The translations under genes were made by a program, and so were the position numbers. DNA of 64,000 bases from Squalus acanthias (lineage: Eukaryota): positions 132,062,001 to 132,126,000 of the forward strand of contig CM059432.1 of assembly GCA_030390025.1 (NCBI GenBank), read 5' to 3'. Under the pieces are notes generated by a model, which saw only the letters and a program-made list of their open reading frames with translations, was not told the origin of the DNA and made no database searches. Every line of letters starts with the position of its first letter. Within the stretch, counting starts at the first letter, position 1. Below are positions 49,066 to 59,900 of this stretch, in pieces.

Positions 49066-52000
49066 TATCGCATATCTTGCGTACATGTAGTCCTTCAATC
49101 TCTCTGTAGACAGACCAAGTTAACACTAGGCACAACAACATTCAGTTTGATTCATAAGCTGCTTTGTTCAACACTAAGCAAAAACATACAGAATACCAAG
49201 TATGATGAGAGACACTTCGGTGCAATCAGTATAGCGTCTGTTCATGTACTATTATGAAAATAAACAATGCATTTAAGTTGGCCTGCTTTGGTAGTCATCT
49301 AACTCAACTCAAAGCACAATCTGTCTGCACCTTGTTCCGCTGCCCAGGACATCAGTTTTCCCTGCCTTCTGCTGCTCGACCTACTATTGGTGTCGTCCTG
49401 ATATTTGAAATCCTCTCACACAGAGATCACAAAAGGTTTTCAACACCAAGGTGTGAAGGTCTCTCTGGAAAAACCAGACGTGGCTCATGAATTGTCCCTT
49501 GTTTAGGTCTCGGAGAAACAATGTCCCATCTCACATTACAATTACCATTTAACTGCCTACCGATCCACAACTCCGCATGGGTTTGTCTTGGGAATCTAAA
49601 CCCCCCATTAGGCAAGCCTTTTGCTTTAAAAAAAACATGCCTTTAACACAGCTCATGTCCAATCCTTTCCATAAAATAATGGCCAAAGAATACTGAATGG
49701 TGACTGAGACACACCCAAAACATTATCACCTATGATTTTTCTTTCTGACTCCTACAAAGGCACTTTTACAATATTGCAAAGCTGTTAACTCCCAATGCAC
49801 GGGTTTCACTTCGTTAATAGCACTGCTAAATATAAACTTACTGGTCTGTGTGTTGACAGTAATAGAGACCCAGTGTTTTCAGAGTCTATTAATCTTCTGC
49901 CAGAACTCAAAGCTCCCTTGGCAGCCTTGTAAACTTGTTCAGCTAGGTCAACTGGTGGGCATGCTTACATCATGACGCTACTTTGTCATGAAATAAGCAT
50001 ATATGGTGCACTGGGGCAGCTCAGCATCTGTTACAGGCCGCATGCGCTTTTAAAAAGACTTTTTCTTTTTAATTCCGAAGAGGAAAAATACCATCTCGTG
50101 CCGTCTGTGTTGTAAGCCGATTGGAGGGGAATGATTTGGAACAGTACTGTCAAATCTTGAAATTCTAACGCTGTTCAGGACTTCAATACTGCTGCTACAT
50201 CTGGAGTGGCTCTTTAACATATCTTTACCGCCTTCTGGACAAAATACAAGAAAAGCTTCTTATCTGTTGGGTGATTGCTCCCCCACCTTTAGCTTCCGTC
50301 CTGCCTATGTTCTGCCTTGCTTTTGCTCTCTATTACAACCTCTCTTGTTTCTTCCTATTTTTTGATACTGTGATGGTAAGTGTTCCTCTAAACATTAATT
50401 TTTTTTTAAGCTGAAAGCAAGATGTCTTACACACGCTTCCTGCTCCCAACATCCTCAATGAGTTGAAGTAATGACTTGTGGCATAGTTTCGTACTCTTCA
50501 CTCATTCTTTCCCGAGATGCTTAATGCTGTGGAACTCCTTACTCCACTCAAGTCTGTTCTTCCTACAATTTACAGGCTTTTAAAACTCAAGCTTTACATT
50601 CTGTTCAAGTTTGTCTTCTTTTACCCTTCTCTTCGTGGTGGTCAATACTAAGGGCCTTGGCTCTTCACTCTGGGTTCTCAAAACAAAAACTGGCCAGAGC
50701 ATTTAGGTGTTCAGAATCCTATTTGGTATACCGCTATTTGTTTCTCATTCATTGAACCACCACATACAATGTTCAGTCACCTATATTGGCGACGTGGTCT
50801 TGTTCTTTGAAAAAGGTTCAGCATCTACATACAAAACTTTCTCCCCATCCCTCACTTCTGTTGTTGACCTGATGCTGTTGCCATCCATGACATTATGGAT
50901 GATTGCATTGACATCATGGCCTTGACGGAAACTTGGCTTATGGGTGACCACCACACCTTGCCCCTTACTGAAGCCTCCTGCCTGGCTGTACCTTCCACCA
51001 CCTGCACTGCCCATGGTGGCAGTGTGACCCTTATCACCAAATCTCACCTTGGTCTCTACCCTACTCCTCCAGCACCACCTTCTCCTTTGAGCACCTCAAT
51101 GTGTTCGCCCCTCTCGCTTCTCTTTTAAAACACTCGTGCTCTCTGCTGCCAATCAAGCCACATCCTGAGTTTCTCACTGAGATATCCTCCCATCTCTTCA
51201 TGCCTCTGCACTGAGCGACTCCTCAACCTTGGTGATTTCAAACTCCATCTCCACTCATCTTGACCCCTCTCCTCTGAGTTCACAGCCCTCTCATCCTCCT
51301 TTAACTCCTCCCTCCATATACTGTCCTACCCATATTCACGGCCACCTCCTTGACCTTGCCATCTCCAATGCCCTCTTTTCCATCATCTCAATCACAGACG
51401 AGGTCATCTCTGCCTTCCTTTCCCCCACCAATCGTATCCCACTTCCAACCCCACTTCCTTCTGCATCCACCTCAGGAAAAAAAGTCTCCCCCAAGTCATT
51501 ACACTGGCATTTTCAAACTCCCTGGTTAGCCTTTGGCTCGCCGTTCGCCACGATACTTCTGCATCTGTCGATCTGCTTAATCACTCCTTCACATCTGCCT
51601 TTGAAGCCCTTGTCCCCATTAAAACCCTTAGGGGGGAAAATTCAGTTGGTTGCACCTCCCGTTAGCACCTTAAGAGGGCGCCAATGGGGCGCAAAGCAAC
51701 TAGCGCCTGGGCGCAGCGATGTTTGCGCCGCTCGCAAAATTAACTAGACATTTTGCGGCGGCGCTAAACTTTACCGCCGCGATCTCCTGCGCACGCAGAT
51801 CTTGACGTCATACGAGGGTGCAACGCCCTTGTGGTGCCCCGGAGCGGAAATTGAGTGGTGCCCCCATCCTTTCCGCCTGGCGCAACCAACGACCGGAAGA
51901 CTGGAACGCTCCTACTCGCTGTGGGGCTGGGGGGGCACTATTTAAAGGGGGCCTCTTCCTGTCTTTCTCTGTGGTTGACATTTTTGCACCACTCGTTCTG

Positions 52001-52168
52001 TGTGTGAGAGAGAGAGAGAGAGAGAGATTCGGAGAGAGAGAAAGAGAGACTTCTGCATTGAGTCAATGCTGTGTGAGGTAGTTTTGGCTACTGATCATAA
52101 CTTTGCAGGTACTTTGGTTTTTGGCCTTCATAACTTTGATTGCCAAGAGACTATGGGGGCTGCACTGA

Positions 52169-53293
52169 TTGTGGGCGTCGTCCTGCGCCACCAGAATCGG
52201 AGGACGCAGAGAGAGAGTGGCAATCATGGCCAGACGGAGGAGGGCCAACAGGCCTCTGTACAGGAGACCTTACCCTCCCAGGGTATATCGCCAACAATTC
52301 ACATATATTATGTCTGAGGAGCAGTGTTTGCGAAGGCTGCGCTTCAGCAAGGAGGTGGTCACTGAGCTCTGCCACCTGCTGCAGCCAGATCTGCAGCCTC
52401 AACTGAGGTCCAGGACGTCTCTGTCAGTGGCAGTGAAGATCACAGTGGCTCTGAACTTTTATGCCACTGGCTCATTTCAATCTGCTACTGGGGACATCGC
52501 CAATATCTTCCAGTTCGCGGTGCATTGCTGCATCCGTCAGGTCACAAATGCCCTCTTTAAAAGGAGACGAGAGTACATCTCTTTCCCCATGACCCCAGAC
52601 AAGCAGCAAGAACGCGCAATGGGCTTTGCTAGGATAGCGGGCTTCCCCGTGGTGCAGGGCGCCATTGACTGCACACATGTGGCTTTGCGTGCTCCGCATG
52701 AGAATGCCGAGGATTTCCGGAACAGAAAGGGGTTCCATTCCTTGAACGTTCAGTTGGTCTGTGACCACAGACAGCTGATACTCGCTGTCAATGCCCACTA
52801 TCCTGGCAGCTGCCACGATGCATTCATCCTGCGCCAGACTACTGTGGCAGAACTTTTCCAGGCACCGCATCAGCCAGTTGGTTGGCTTCTCGGGGACAAG
52901 GGATATCCACTGAGCACCTGGCTGATGACACCGCTCCGTACGCCCAACACCCCTGCTGAGCTGCGGTACAACGAGAGCCATCAAGCTACCAGGAACATCG
53001 TTGAGCACACAATCGGCGTGCTCAAGCAATGGTTCCGCTGTCTGGACCATTCTGGAGGAGCCCTGCAGTACTCGCCTGAGCGAGTTTCCCACTTCGTAGT
53101 TGTGTGCTGCATGCTGCATAACATGGCAATCCTCAGGACCCAGCCAATGCCACCAGGCCTTGGAGCACCACCAGAGGAGGAGGAGGAGGAAGAGGAGGAG
53201 GATGATCAGCAGCAGCACCAAGGCGGGAGGGAGGCCTACAATGTAGAAACTGGAAGGGCCGTCCATCAACGGCTGATAGCAAGCCGCTTCTAG
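52169..53293 (+). CDS. Harbinger DDE transposase (HARBI1-like, DDE_Tnp_4 type)
   Basis: Open frame of 374 codons: RRLRFSKE and HTH region (ITVALNFYATGSFQ), GAIDCTH (D), RNRKGFHSLNVQLVCD, YPGSCHDAFIL, LLGDKGYP (D), YNESHQATRNIVEHTIGVLK.WFRCL (E), CCMLHN and an acidic tail. The first in-frame ATG is at 52226. An out-of-frame ATG at 52153 is probably the ancestral start. Confidence 0.93.
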   Translation: MWASSCATRIGGRRERVAIMARRRRANRPLYRRPYPPRVYRQQFTYIMSEEQCLRRLRFSKEVVTELCHLLQPDLQPQLRSRTSLSVAVKITVALNFYATGSFQSATGDIANIFQFAVHCCIRQVTNALFKRRREYISFPMTPDKQQERAMGFARIAGFPVVQGAIDCTHVALRAPHENAEDFRNRKGFHSLNVQLVCDHRQLILAVNAHYPGSCHDAFILRQTTVAELFQAPHQPVGWLLGDKGYPLSTWLMTPLRTPNTPAELRYNESHQATRNIVEHTIGVLKQWFRCLDHSGGALQYSPERVSHFVVVCCMLHNMAILRTQPMPPGLGAPPEEEEEEEEEDDQQQHQGGREAYNVETGRAVHQRLIASRF

Positions 53294-53585
53294 GCCCCTG
53301 CTGAGGAAATGGCTTCTGCCATTGAGAACAACATGAATGAAACCAACCCGCAACCCCTAAGCCGGCCAAGGCACCAATGATTCCAAAGATCAAACGTATA
53401 TTTTGAATACAAAAACTTATTTATTTCACAAACTCTGTGTGTCATTTCCTCATGACAAACTAATAGAAAGAAACACAAAAACACAGTCATTAACATAACT
53501 GGTTCTCATAACCTGGAGATAATGTTCAAAAGTTTGACCACAAACCTTAGCCTTTAATAAAAAAATGACCAACATTTTGTCACAC

Positions 53586-54562
53586 CTACTTTTTGCCCTT
53601 CGAGGGTGATCTCCTTCCCTTGCGCACTTCCCCCCTTCCCACCCTACTGCTCCTCCGTAATGGGACCTCAGTGGCTGCAGCAAGGCTGGTGGAAGGCTGC
53701 TGATTGTCAGAACCTGAGACTGCAGATGCCCTTGAAGGACGGCCTCGACCAGCTCTGGGCCTGGAGGGCCCGGCTGCAGACTGCACCAACTCTGCATGGG
53801 CGGCAGCAGTCTGTCCTACAGGCAGTGGCAAGTGCAGTGGAGAAGTGACAGTGGTGGCAGCAGGAATGCTGTCATCTTGAGAGAGGACAGCAACTCCCTG
53901 CTCGCCCGACACACTGGCACTCCCACGGGGCAGCACTTCAGCATCCGGAGCAATCTGCTGGAGCACAGATTGCTGGCCTGCTGCGGCGCAGTGAGAGCCC
54001 CGGGGAAATGTGTACGAACCATCGAGGTTGGCAGCAGTCAGTGCTCGAGTGGCCTCAATCTGAGTCTGCATGACAGCAGTCAGAGATGGGATCACGGCAG
54101 CCAGTGACTGAATTGCAGCACTAAGCTTTAGTGTGGCATCCGCCTGTGCTACAGCGAAGTGCTCCACACTCCTTGCCAGTGATTCAATGCATTCGGGCAC
54201 CCTTCCCACTGCACCCATGAGCTCAGTGTGCATGTCCACCGCCTGGGTGTTCATTTCAGCGATGAGCCGCTCCTCCTCTGCGTCCAGTGCAGTAGGAGTC
54301 GCGGGCATACTCTCCCTCCGGGGACAAGGCCCCCGTTCTTCCCTACCCCCATGGCGTTGCTGCAGCCCGCTGGGTCCTGGAGCTTCACCCTCATCAGACC
54401 CTTCCCCCCTGCTCCCCTCCAGGGAAGGCGTGTTCCCAGTGTGGGCATGGGCTTCCTCGGGAGAGGGTGGCACTGATGCTCCGCCTTCATCTTCCTCCTC
54501 GGCTGCAGCTTCACTCCCACTGGCAGCTTGAAGGCCCGTCTCCTCAGCTGGTGAATCACCAT
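53586..54562 (-). CDS. Harbinger Myb/SANT-like protein, exon 3
   Basis: ctccctgctttcag| acceptor. Phase 1 gives DGDSPAEETGLQAASGSEAAAEEEDEGGASVPPSPEE..., in frame with ORF 53586-54473 (acidic/disordered region, helical segment, basic tail RRSSRVGRGEVRKGRRSPSKGKK*). The spliced product is about 458 aa. Confidence 0.82.
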
Positions 54563-54721
54563 CTGAAAGCAGGGAGGTACAAGAGTGGCTTTAGCGTGAG
54601 GACAGGGTGGCAGTAAGGGAGGAATAAGTGCAGCGATTTAGTAAATTGGATTGAAAGTGTCAAAGGCTGGTGTTGTGAGGGACAAGTGGAAGGACAGAGG
54701 ACAAAAAGGTGATGACCTTAC

Positions 54722-54884
54722 CATTGCTGTCCAGAACGGGGTCGGCGTCTCCAGTGGCGACGGGACCAAACACCCGGCTTGCCACAATCCTCTGGACGCG
54801 CGCCTCAAGATCGCTGAGGGGTTGCAGCTGAGGCCGCCCTCCACCCGTCCGTTGCTGCTGTCTCCTATTATGAGATAGCTTGGC
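54722..54884 (-). CDS. Harbinger Myb/SANT-like protein, exon 2
   Basis: tttttcttgcag| acceptor, then AKLSHNRRQQQRTGGGRPQLQPLSDLEARV...LDSN (the TGGG.P...L...E motif follows the Myb domain in these proteins), then a G|gtaagg donor. 163 bp, phase 0 to phase 1. Confidence 0.85.
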
Positions 54885-54918
54885 CTGCAAGAAAAAGGAC
54901 GGCGTCTGAGTAAATATA

Positions 54919-55190
54919 CAGCCATGGTCTTGCCTGATGTGCCTCCCATAGGTGAATAGCCCTTACTGTATGCAGCCATGGTCTTGCCTGATGTGCCTTG
55001 CATAGGTGAATAGCCCTTACTGTATGCAGCCATGGTCTTGCCTGATGTGCCTTGCATAGGTGAATAGCCCTTACTGTATGCAGCCATGGTCTTGCCTGAT
55101 GTGCCTCCCATAGGTGAATAGCCCTTACTGTATGCAGCCATGGTCTTGCCTGATGTGCCTCCCATAGGTGAATAGCCCTTACTGTATGCA
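54919..55190. repeat. Tandem array, 5 x 54 bp, in intron 1 of the Harbinger Myb-like gene
   Basis: Unit cagccatggtcttgcctgatgtgcct(cc/tg)cataggtgaatagcccttactgtatg starts at 54919, 54973, 55027, 55081 and 55135. Confidence 0.95.
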
Positions 55191-55327
55191 TAGTGTGGAA
55201 TGTGTGTGTTTCATGAGAGGGCCATAGGTGTTGGATGAGTGTTGTGCATTGGGGTTTTAAGACCCTCTGGCCATAGAGTGAGGTTGAGATGGAGGGATGG
55301 AGAGGTATTGGAAAAAAAGCCACTCAC

Positions 55328-55564
55328 CCTGACGATCCGAGTGAGGTCGTTGAACTTTTTTCGACATTGTATATGGGTCCTGGGCACCATGCTCCTGGAG
55401 GAGACGCTCTGAGCCACCTCCCTCCACACTGTTCTGTACTCGCGCGGCAAAGGCCTCCTGCCACTCTCAGGGAAGAGTATAGATCTTCTGCGCTCCACCG
55501 CGCCAACCAGAGCATCCAAGGCCCGCTCGCTGAAGCGCTGAGCTCGTTCTCTCACCCTCTCCAT
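55328..55564 (-). CDS. Harbinger Myb/SANT-like DNA-binding protein, exon 1 (79 codons)
   Basis: MERVRERAQRFSERALDALVGAVERRRSILF...VWREVAQSVSSRSMVPRTHIQCRKKFNDLTRIVR fits a Myb/SANT-like trihelix pattern (RF....L...V; W..VA..V; R...QC.KKF.DL). Ends AGG|gtgagt. Confidence 0.88.
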
Positions 55565-57419
55565 AGTCCTTGGCTGGAAGATTTAGGCACAGGTCTCTCC
55601 AGGCCGAGATTCAAGGCTCCAATGAGCAGGGTGTGGCTGGAGTGCAAGATCGACCCTCCCCTTTAAGAACTGTCCGGCGCCAGTGTGTCTGTGTTCCATC
55701 GCTAACTGACAGCACCTGCGCTGCGCCCGCGCTCTGAGTTAGCGCCTCGCTCCTCGGCCTTTGCGCCTTAAGACAGGTGTGTAGCGCCTGATTTAGCGCT
55801 CCAATCGCCTTCAGGGGCGATAAAAGTCAAGTTTGCAGTCGGTGGCGATAATTAGCGCCAGGCGCTAATCTTTGCGCCCGGCCGATAATTGCGCCCCAAA
55901 TGGGGCGATACTGAATTTCTCCCCCTTACACTCTCCACCCTGGTCATCCCCCTGGTATGGCCCCCATATCAGCTCTCCAATCCAAGGGACGCAGACTTAA
56001 ATGTATATATTGCACAACTGGTTCAGCCATTCATCGTCGGATCTGGCTGGACAGCATCAAGCAGGCCCTGCTCTCCTCTGCCAAAACTGTTTACTACCCC
56101 AGGATCATCCTGGAATGCAAAGATGACTGGCTTATTTTCTACACTATCAACCGTCTTAAACCCCTCTCCCCTGTACCCTCCACCCTCGTCTCCAAGAACC
56201 GGTGTGAGGAGCTCATGAACTGCTTTGTCACTAAGATTGAGGCTGTCCACTCAGTGGCCTCTACTGTATCCCTAGTTTTTCTTCTTTCCCTAGTTTCTCT
56301 CCTATCCCTGCTCATCCCCACTCTGATCTCATATTGTCCGAGACCCACCTCCTGCTCTCTTCATCCTATTCCCATTAAACTGCTGACTACCCAACATCCC
56401 TTCCTGGCCCCCACGCTAGTTGACATTGTGAAAGGTCCCCACTCGTCGGATACTGTTCCTCTCCATTTAAAATCTGTTGTCATCAGGCCCCCCTTCTCTT
56501 CTCTTCATGCTCCGCCCCCGTTAACATAGTGCACTGTCCCTCCTCATCCTCCTCAAACTGTCTGCAGCCTTTGACATGGTTGACCAAGCCATCCTCCTTC
56601 AGTGTCTCTCGTCCATTGTCCAGCTGAGTGGGTCTGTCCCTCGCCTGGCTCCAATCTTATCTTTCCAGTCGTAGCCAAAGAATTTCCTGCAAGAGCTTCT
56701 CTTCCCGCACCGAGACCAGTACCTGTGGAATCCCCCAAGGATCTATCCTTGGGCCCCATCTTATTTTCATCTACATGCTGCCCCTCAGCAACATCATCCA
56801 AAGACATGACGTCAGATGTCACATATACGTTGAGGACACCCAGCTCTACCTCACCACTACCTCTGTTATCAGACAGCCAGTCCTGGATGAGCTTCAATTT
56901 CTTCCAATTAAACAACGGGAAGACTGAAGCCATTGTCTTCAGCCCCCACCACGAACTTGGTTCCTGAGGCACCGACTCCATCCCCCTCCCCAGCCACTGT
57001 CTCGGGCTGAATAACTTAAGCTCATCCATGCTGCCTGTACCCTCACCCACACCTAATCCCATTCATCCATCACCTCTTTGCTTGCTGATCTACATCTGTC
57101 CTGGTCTACCAACGCCTCAATTTTAAAATTCTCATCCTTGTGTTCAAACACCTCCATATCATTGCCCTATCTCTGTAACCTCCTCCAGTCCTACAACCCA
57201 CCAAAAACTCTGCATTCCTCCAATTTTGGCCTCTTATGCATCCCCCACTCCCTTTGCCACACTATTGACGGCCGTGCCTTTTGCCGTCTAGGCCCTAGGC
57301 TCTAGAATTCCCTCCCTAAATCCCACCTCTCGCTCTCTCTTTTAAGACCCTCTTTAAAACCCAGCTCTTTGATCAAGCTTTTGGTCACCCCTCCTAATAT
57401 TTTATGATGTGGCTTGGTA

Positions 57420-59900
57420 TCAAAAAATGTTTGTATGGGAGTATGCAAAGAAACTTGCAAGGGATATCAAAATGAACACACACTTTTTTTACAATTATAT
57501 TAGGAAAAAGAGGGAGATCAGGAGCAATGTTGGCCCATTGAAAACTGATAATGGTGATATTGTCAGTGATAAAGAAAATGGCGGACATGTTGAATAATTA
57601 GTTTGCATCAGTATTTACAGTAGAGGAAGAGGATAGCATGCCGGAAATCCCAAGGAAACTAATATTGAATCCGGAACAGGGACTCAACAAAATCAATGTA
57701 AGCAAAATAACAGTAATGAAAAAAATAATGGCACTAAAGAGTGACAAATCCCTAGGATCAGATGGTTTCCATCCCGGGGTTTTAAAGGAAGTAGGTGAGC
57801 ACATTGCAGATGTCCTAACTATAATCTTCCAAAGTTCTCAATTCAGGAACCGTTCCCTTAGATTGGAAACTTGCACATGTCGCTCTGCTATTTAAGAATG
57901 GTGAGAGAGGGAAAACAGGGAATTACAGACCAGTTAGCCTAACATCTGTTGTCAGGAAATTGTTAGAGTCTATAATTAAGGATAGGGTGACTGAACACCT
58001 CAAATCTTCAGCTGATCAGAGAGCCAGCATGGGTTTGTGGAAGGTAGGTCATGCCTGATGAACCTGATTACATTTTTTTTGAAGAGGTGACTAAAGTAGT
58101 GGACAGGGGAGCGTCTATGGATGTTATTTATATGGACTTCCAGAAGGCATTAGATAAAGTCCCTCATAAGAGACCATGGAATTGCAGGCACATTATTGAC
58201 CTGGTTAGGAAACTGGCTGAGCAGCAGGAAACGAGGAGTAGGGATAATGGGCAGGTACTCAAATTGGCAGGATGTGACTAGTCATATCCCGCAGGGATCT
58301 GTTTTGGGGCCTCAGCTATTCACAGTATTTATTAATGACTTAGATGATGGGATAGAAAGCCACATATCCAAATTTGCTGATGATACAAAGATAGGCGGTA
58401 TTGTAGGTACTGTAGATGAAAGCATAAAATTACCAAGAGATATTGCTAGATTAAGTGAATGGGCAAAACTGTGGCAAATGGATTTCAATGTAGGCAAACG
58501 TGGGGTCATCCACTTTGGACCTAAAAAGGATAGAGCAGGGTACTTTCTAAATGGTGAAAAGCTAAAAACAGTGGAGGCCTAAAGACACTTGGGGGTCCAG
58601 GTACATAGGTCATTAAAATGTCATGAACAGGTGCAGAAAATAATCAAAAAAGGCTAATGGAATTCTGGCCTTTATATCTAGAGGACTAGAATACAAGGGG
58701 GTGGAAGTTATGCTGCAGCTATACAAAACCCTGGTTAGACCACACCTGGAGCACTGTGAGCAGTTCTGGGCACCACACCTTAGGAAGGATATATTGGCCT
58801 TGGAGGGAGTGCAGCACAGCGTAGGTTATCAGCATGATACCCGGACTCCAGAGGTTAAATTATGAGGAAAGATTACACAAATTAGGGTTGCATTCTGTGG
58901 AATTTAGACGGTTATGGGGTGATTTGATTGAAGTTTTCAAGATATTAAGGGGAACAGATAGGGTAGATAGAACAACAACAACAACAACTTGTATTTATAT
59001 AATGCCTTGAATGTAGTAAAACGTCCCAAGGCACTTCACAGGAGTATTTAAGACAAAAAATTTGACAATGAGCCAGATAAGGAGAAATTAGGGCAGGTGA
59101 CCAAAAGCTTGGTCAAAGAGGTCAGTTTTAAGGAGCGTCTTAAAGGAGGAAGGAGAGGTAGCGAGGCAGAGAGGTTTAGGCAGGGAATTCCAGAGCTTAG
59201 GGCCTAGGCAACAGAAGGCACGGCCACCAATGGTTGAGCGATTATAATCAGGGATGCTCAAGAGGGCAGAATTAGAGGAGTGCAGATATCTCTGGGTGGG
59301 GGGGGTGGGGGTTGTGGGGCTGAAGGAGATTACAGAGATAGGAAGGGGTGAGGCCATGGAGGGATTTGAAAACAAGGATGAGAATTTTGAAATCGAGGCG
59401 CTGCTTAGCCAGGAGCCAATGTAGGTCAGCGAGCACAGGGGAGATGGGCGAACGGGACTTGGTGCGAGTTAGGACACGGGCAACCGAGTTTTGGATGACC
59501 TCAAGTTTACGTGGGGTGGAATATGGGAGGCCAGCCAGGAGTGCGTTGGAATAGTCAAGTCTAGAGGTAACAAAGGCATGGATAGAGAGAAACTATTTCT
59601 GCTGGTTGGGGAGTCTAGGGGGCATAGTCTTTAAAAAAAATAAAAATTAGAGCCAGACCTTTCAGGAGTGAAATTAGGAAACAGTTCCACACACAAAGGG
59701 TGGTAGAAGTCTGGAACTCTCTTCCGCAAACGGCAATTGATGCTAGATCAATTGTTAATTTTAAATCTGAGGTTGTTAACAAAAATCTATTGAGGGATAT
59801 GGGGCAACGGTGGGTATATGGAGTTAGGTCGCAGATCAGCCATGATCTCATTGAATGGTGGAACAGGCTCGAGGGGCTGAATGGCCTGCTCCTGTTCCTA
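57420..59900 (+). mobile_element. CR1 LINE ORF2, degenerate, with a nested L2 (58971-59581, -)
   Basis: KSLGSDGFHPGVLKE, YMDFQKALDKV, IPQGSVLGPQLF, KFADDTKIGG. The CR1 breaks at gggtagatag| and resumes at gatagagagaaactatttc (59581). Confidence 0.88.
58971..59581 (-). mobile_element. L2 3' portion inserted in CR1
   Basis: Begins with an (aac)n tail and cttgtatttatataatgcc. ORF 59088-59375 reads STIGGRAFCCLGPKLWNSLPKPL. Confidence 0.88.

Larger units (their letters stand above)
51631..55925. mobile_element. Complete PIF/Harbinger DNA transposon (4295 bp)
   Basis: TSD TTA (51628-51630 and 55926-55928). 16-bp TIRs GGGGGGAAAATTCAGT / reverse complement GGGGGAGAAATTCAGT (14/16). Encodes a DDE transposase and a Myb/SANT-like protein in convergent orientation. 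Confidence 0.95.
50880..57420 (+). mobile_element. Old near-full-length L2 ORF2 (host of the Harbinger insertion)
   Basis: IDIMALTETWL (EN, about 50907) and ggtgatttcaa (GDFN-like). The sequence joins across the Harbinger (aaaaccctta|cactctccaccctgg), then SCSLHPIPIKLL, GIPQGSILGP, HIYVEDTQLYL and the L2 tail. Confidence 0.8.

Noticed and set aside
49997..50006. CArG box (gcatatatgg) and NF-kB-like sites (about 18679, about 37218)
   Set aside because: Imperfect or short motifs expected by chance in 64 kb, with no supporting context.
52169..53293. Domesticated host gene HARBI1
   Set aside because: It is flanked by TIRs and a TTA TSD, paired with a Myb-like gene and inserted in an L2, so it is a transposon copy rather than the host gene.
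52472..53353. 293-aa antisense ORF
   Set aside because: Shadow ORF opposite the GC-rich transposase, with no recognisable motifs.
54919..55190. CRISPR-like array next to a nuclease/transposase
   Set aside because: The units are head-to-tail with no unique spacers. This is a minisatellite in a eukaryotic intron.
54638..55323. Repetitive ORFs (MGGTSGKTMAAYSKGYSP)n and (HTVRAIHLWEAHQARPWL)n
   Set aside because: They are by-products of a 54-bp unit with no stop codon, and lie within the spliced intron of the Myb-like gene.
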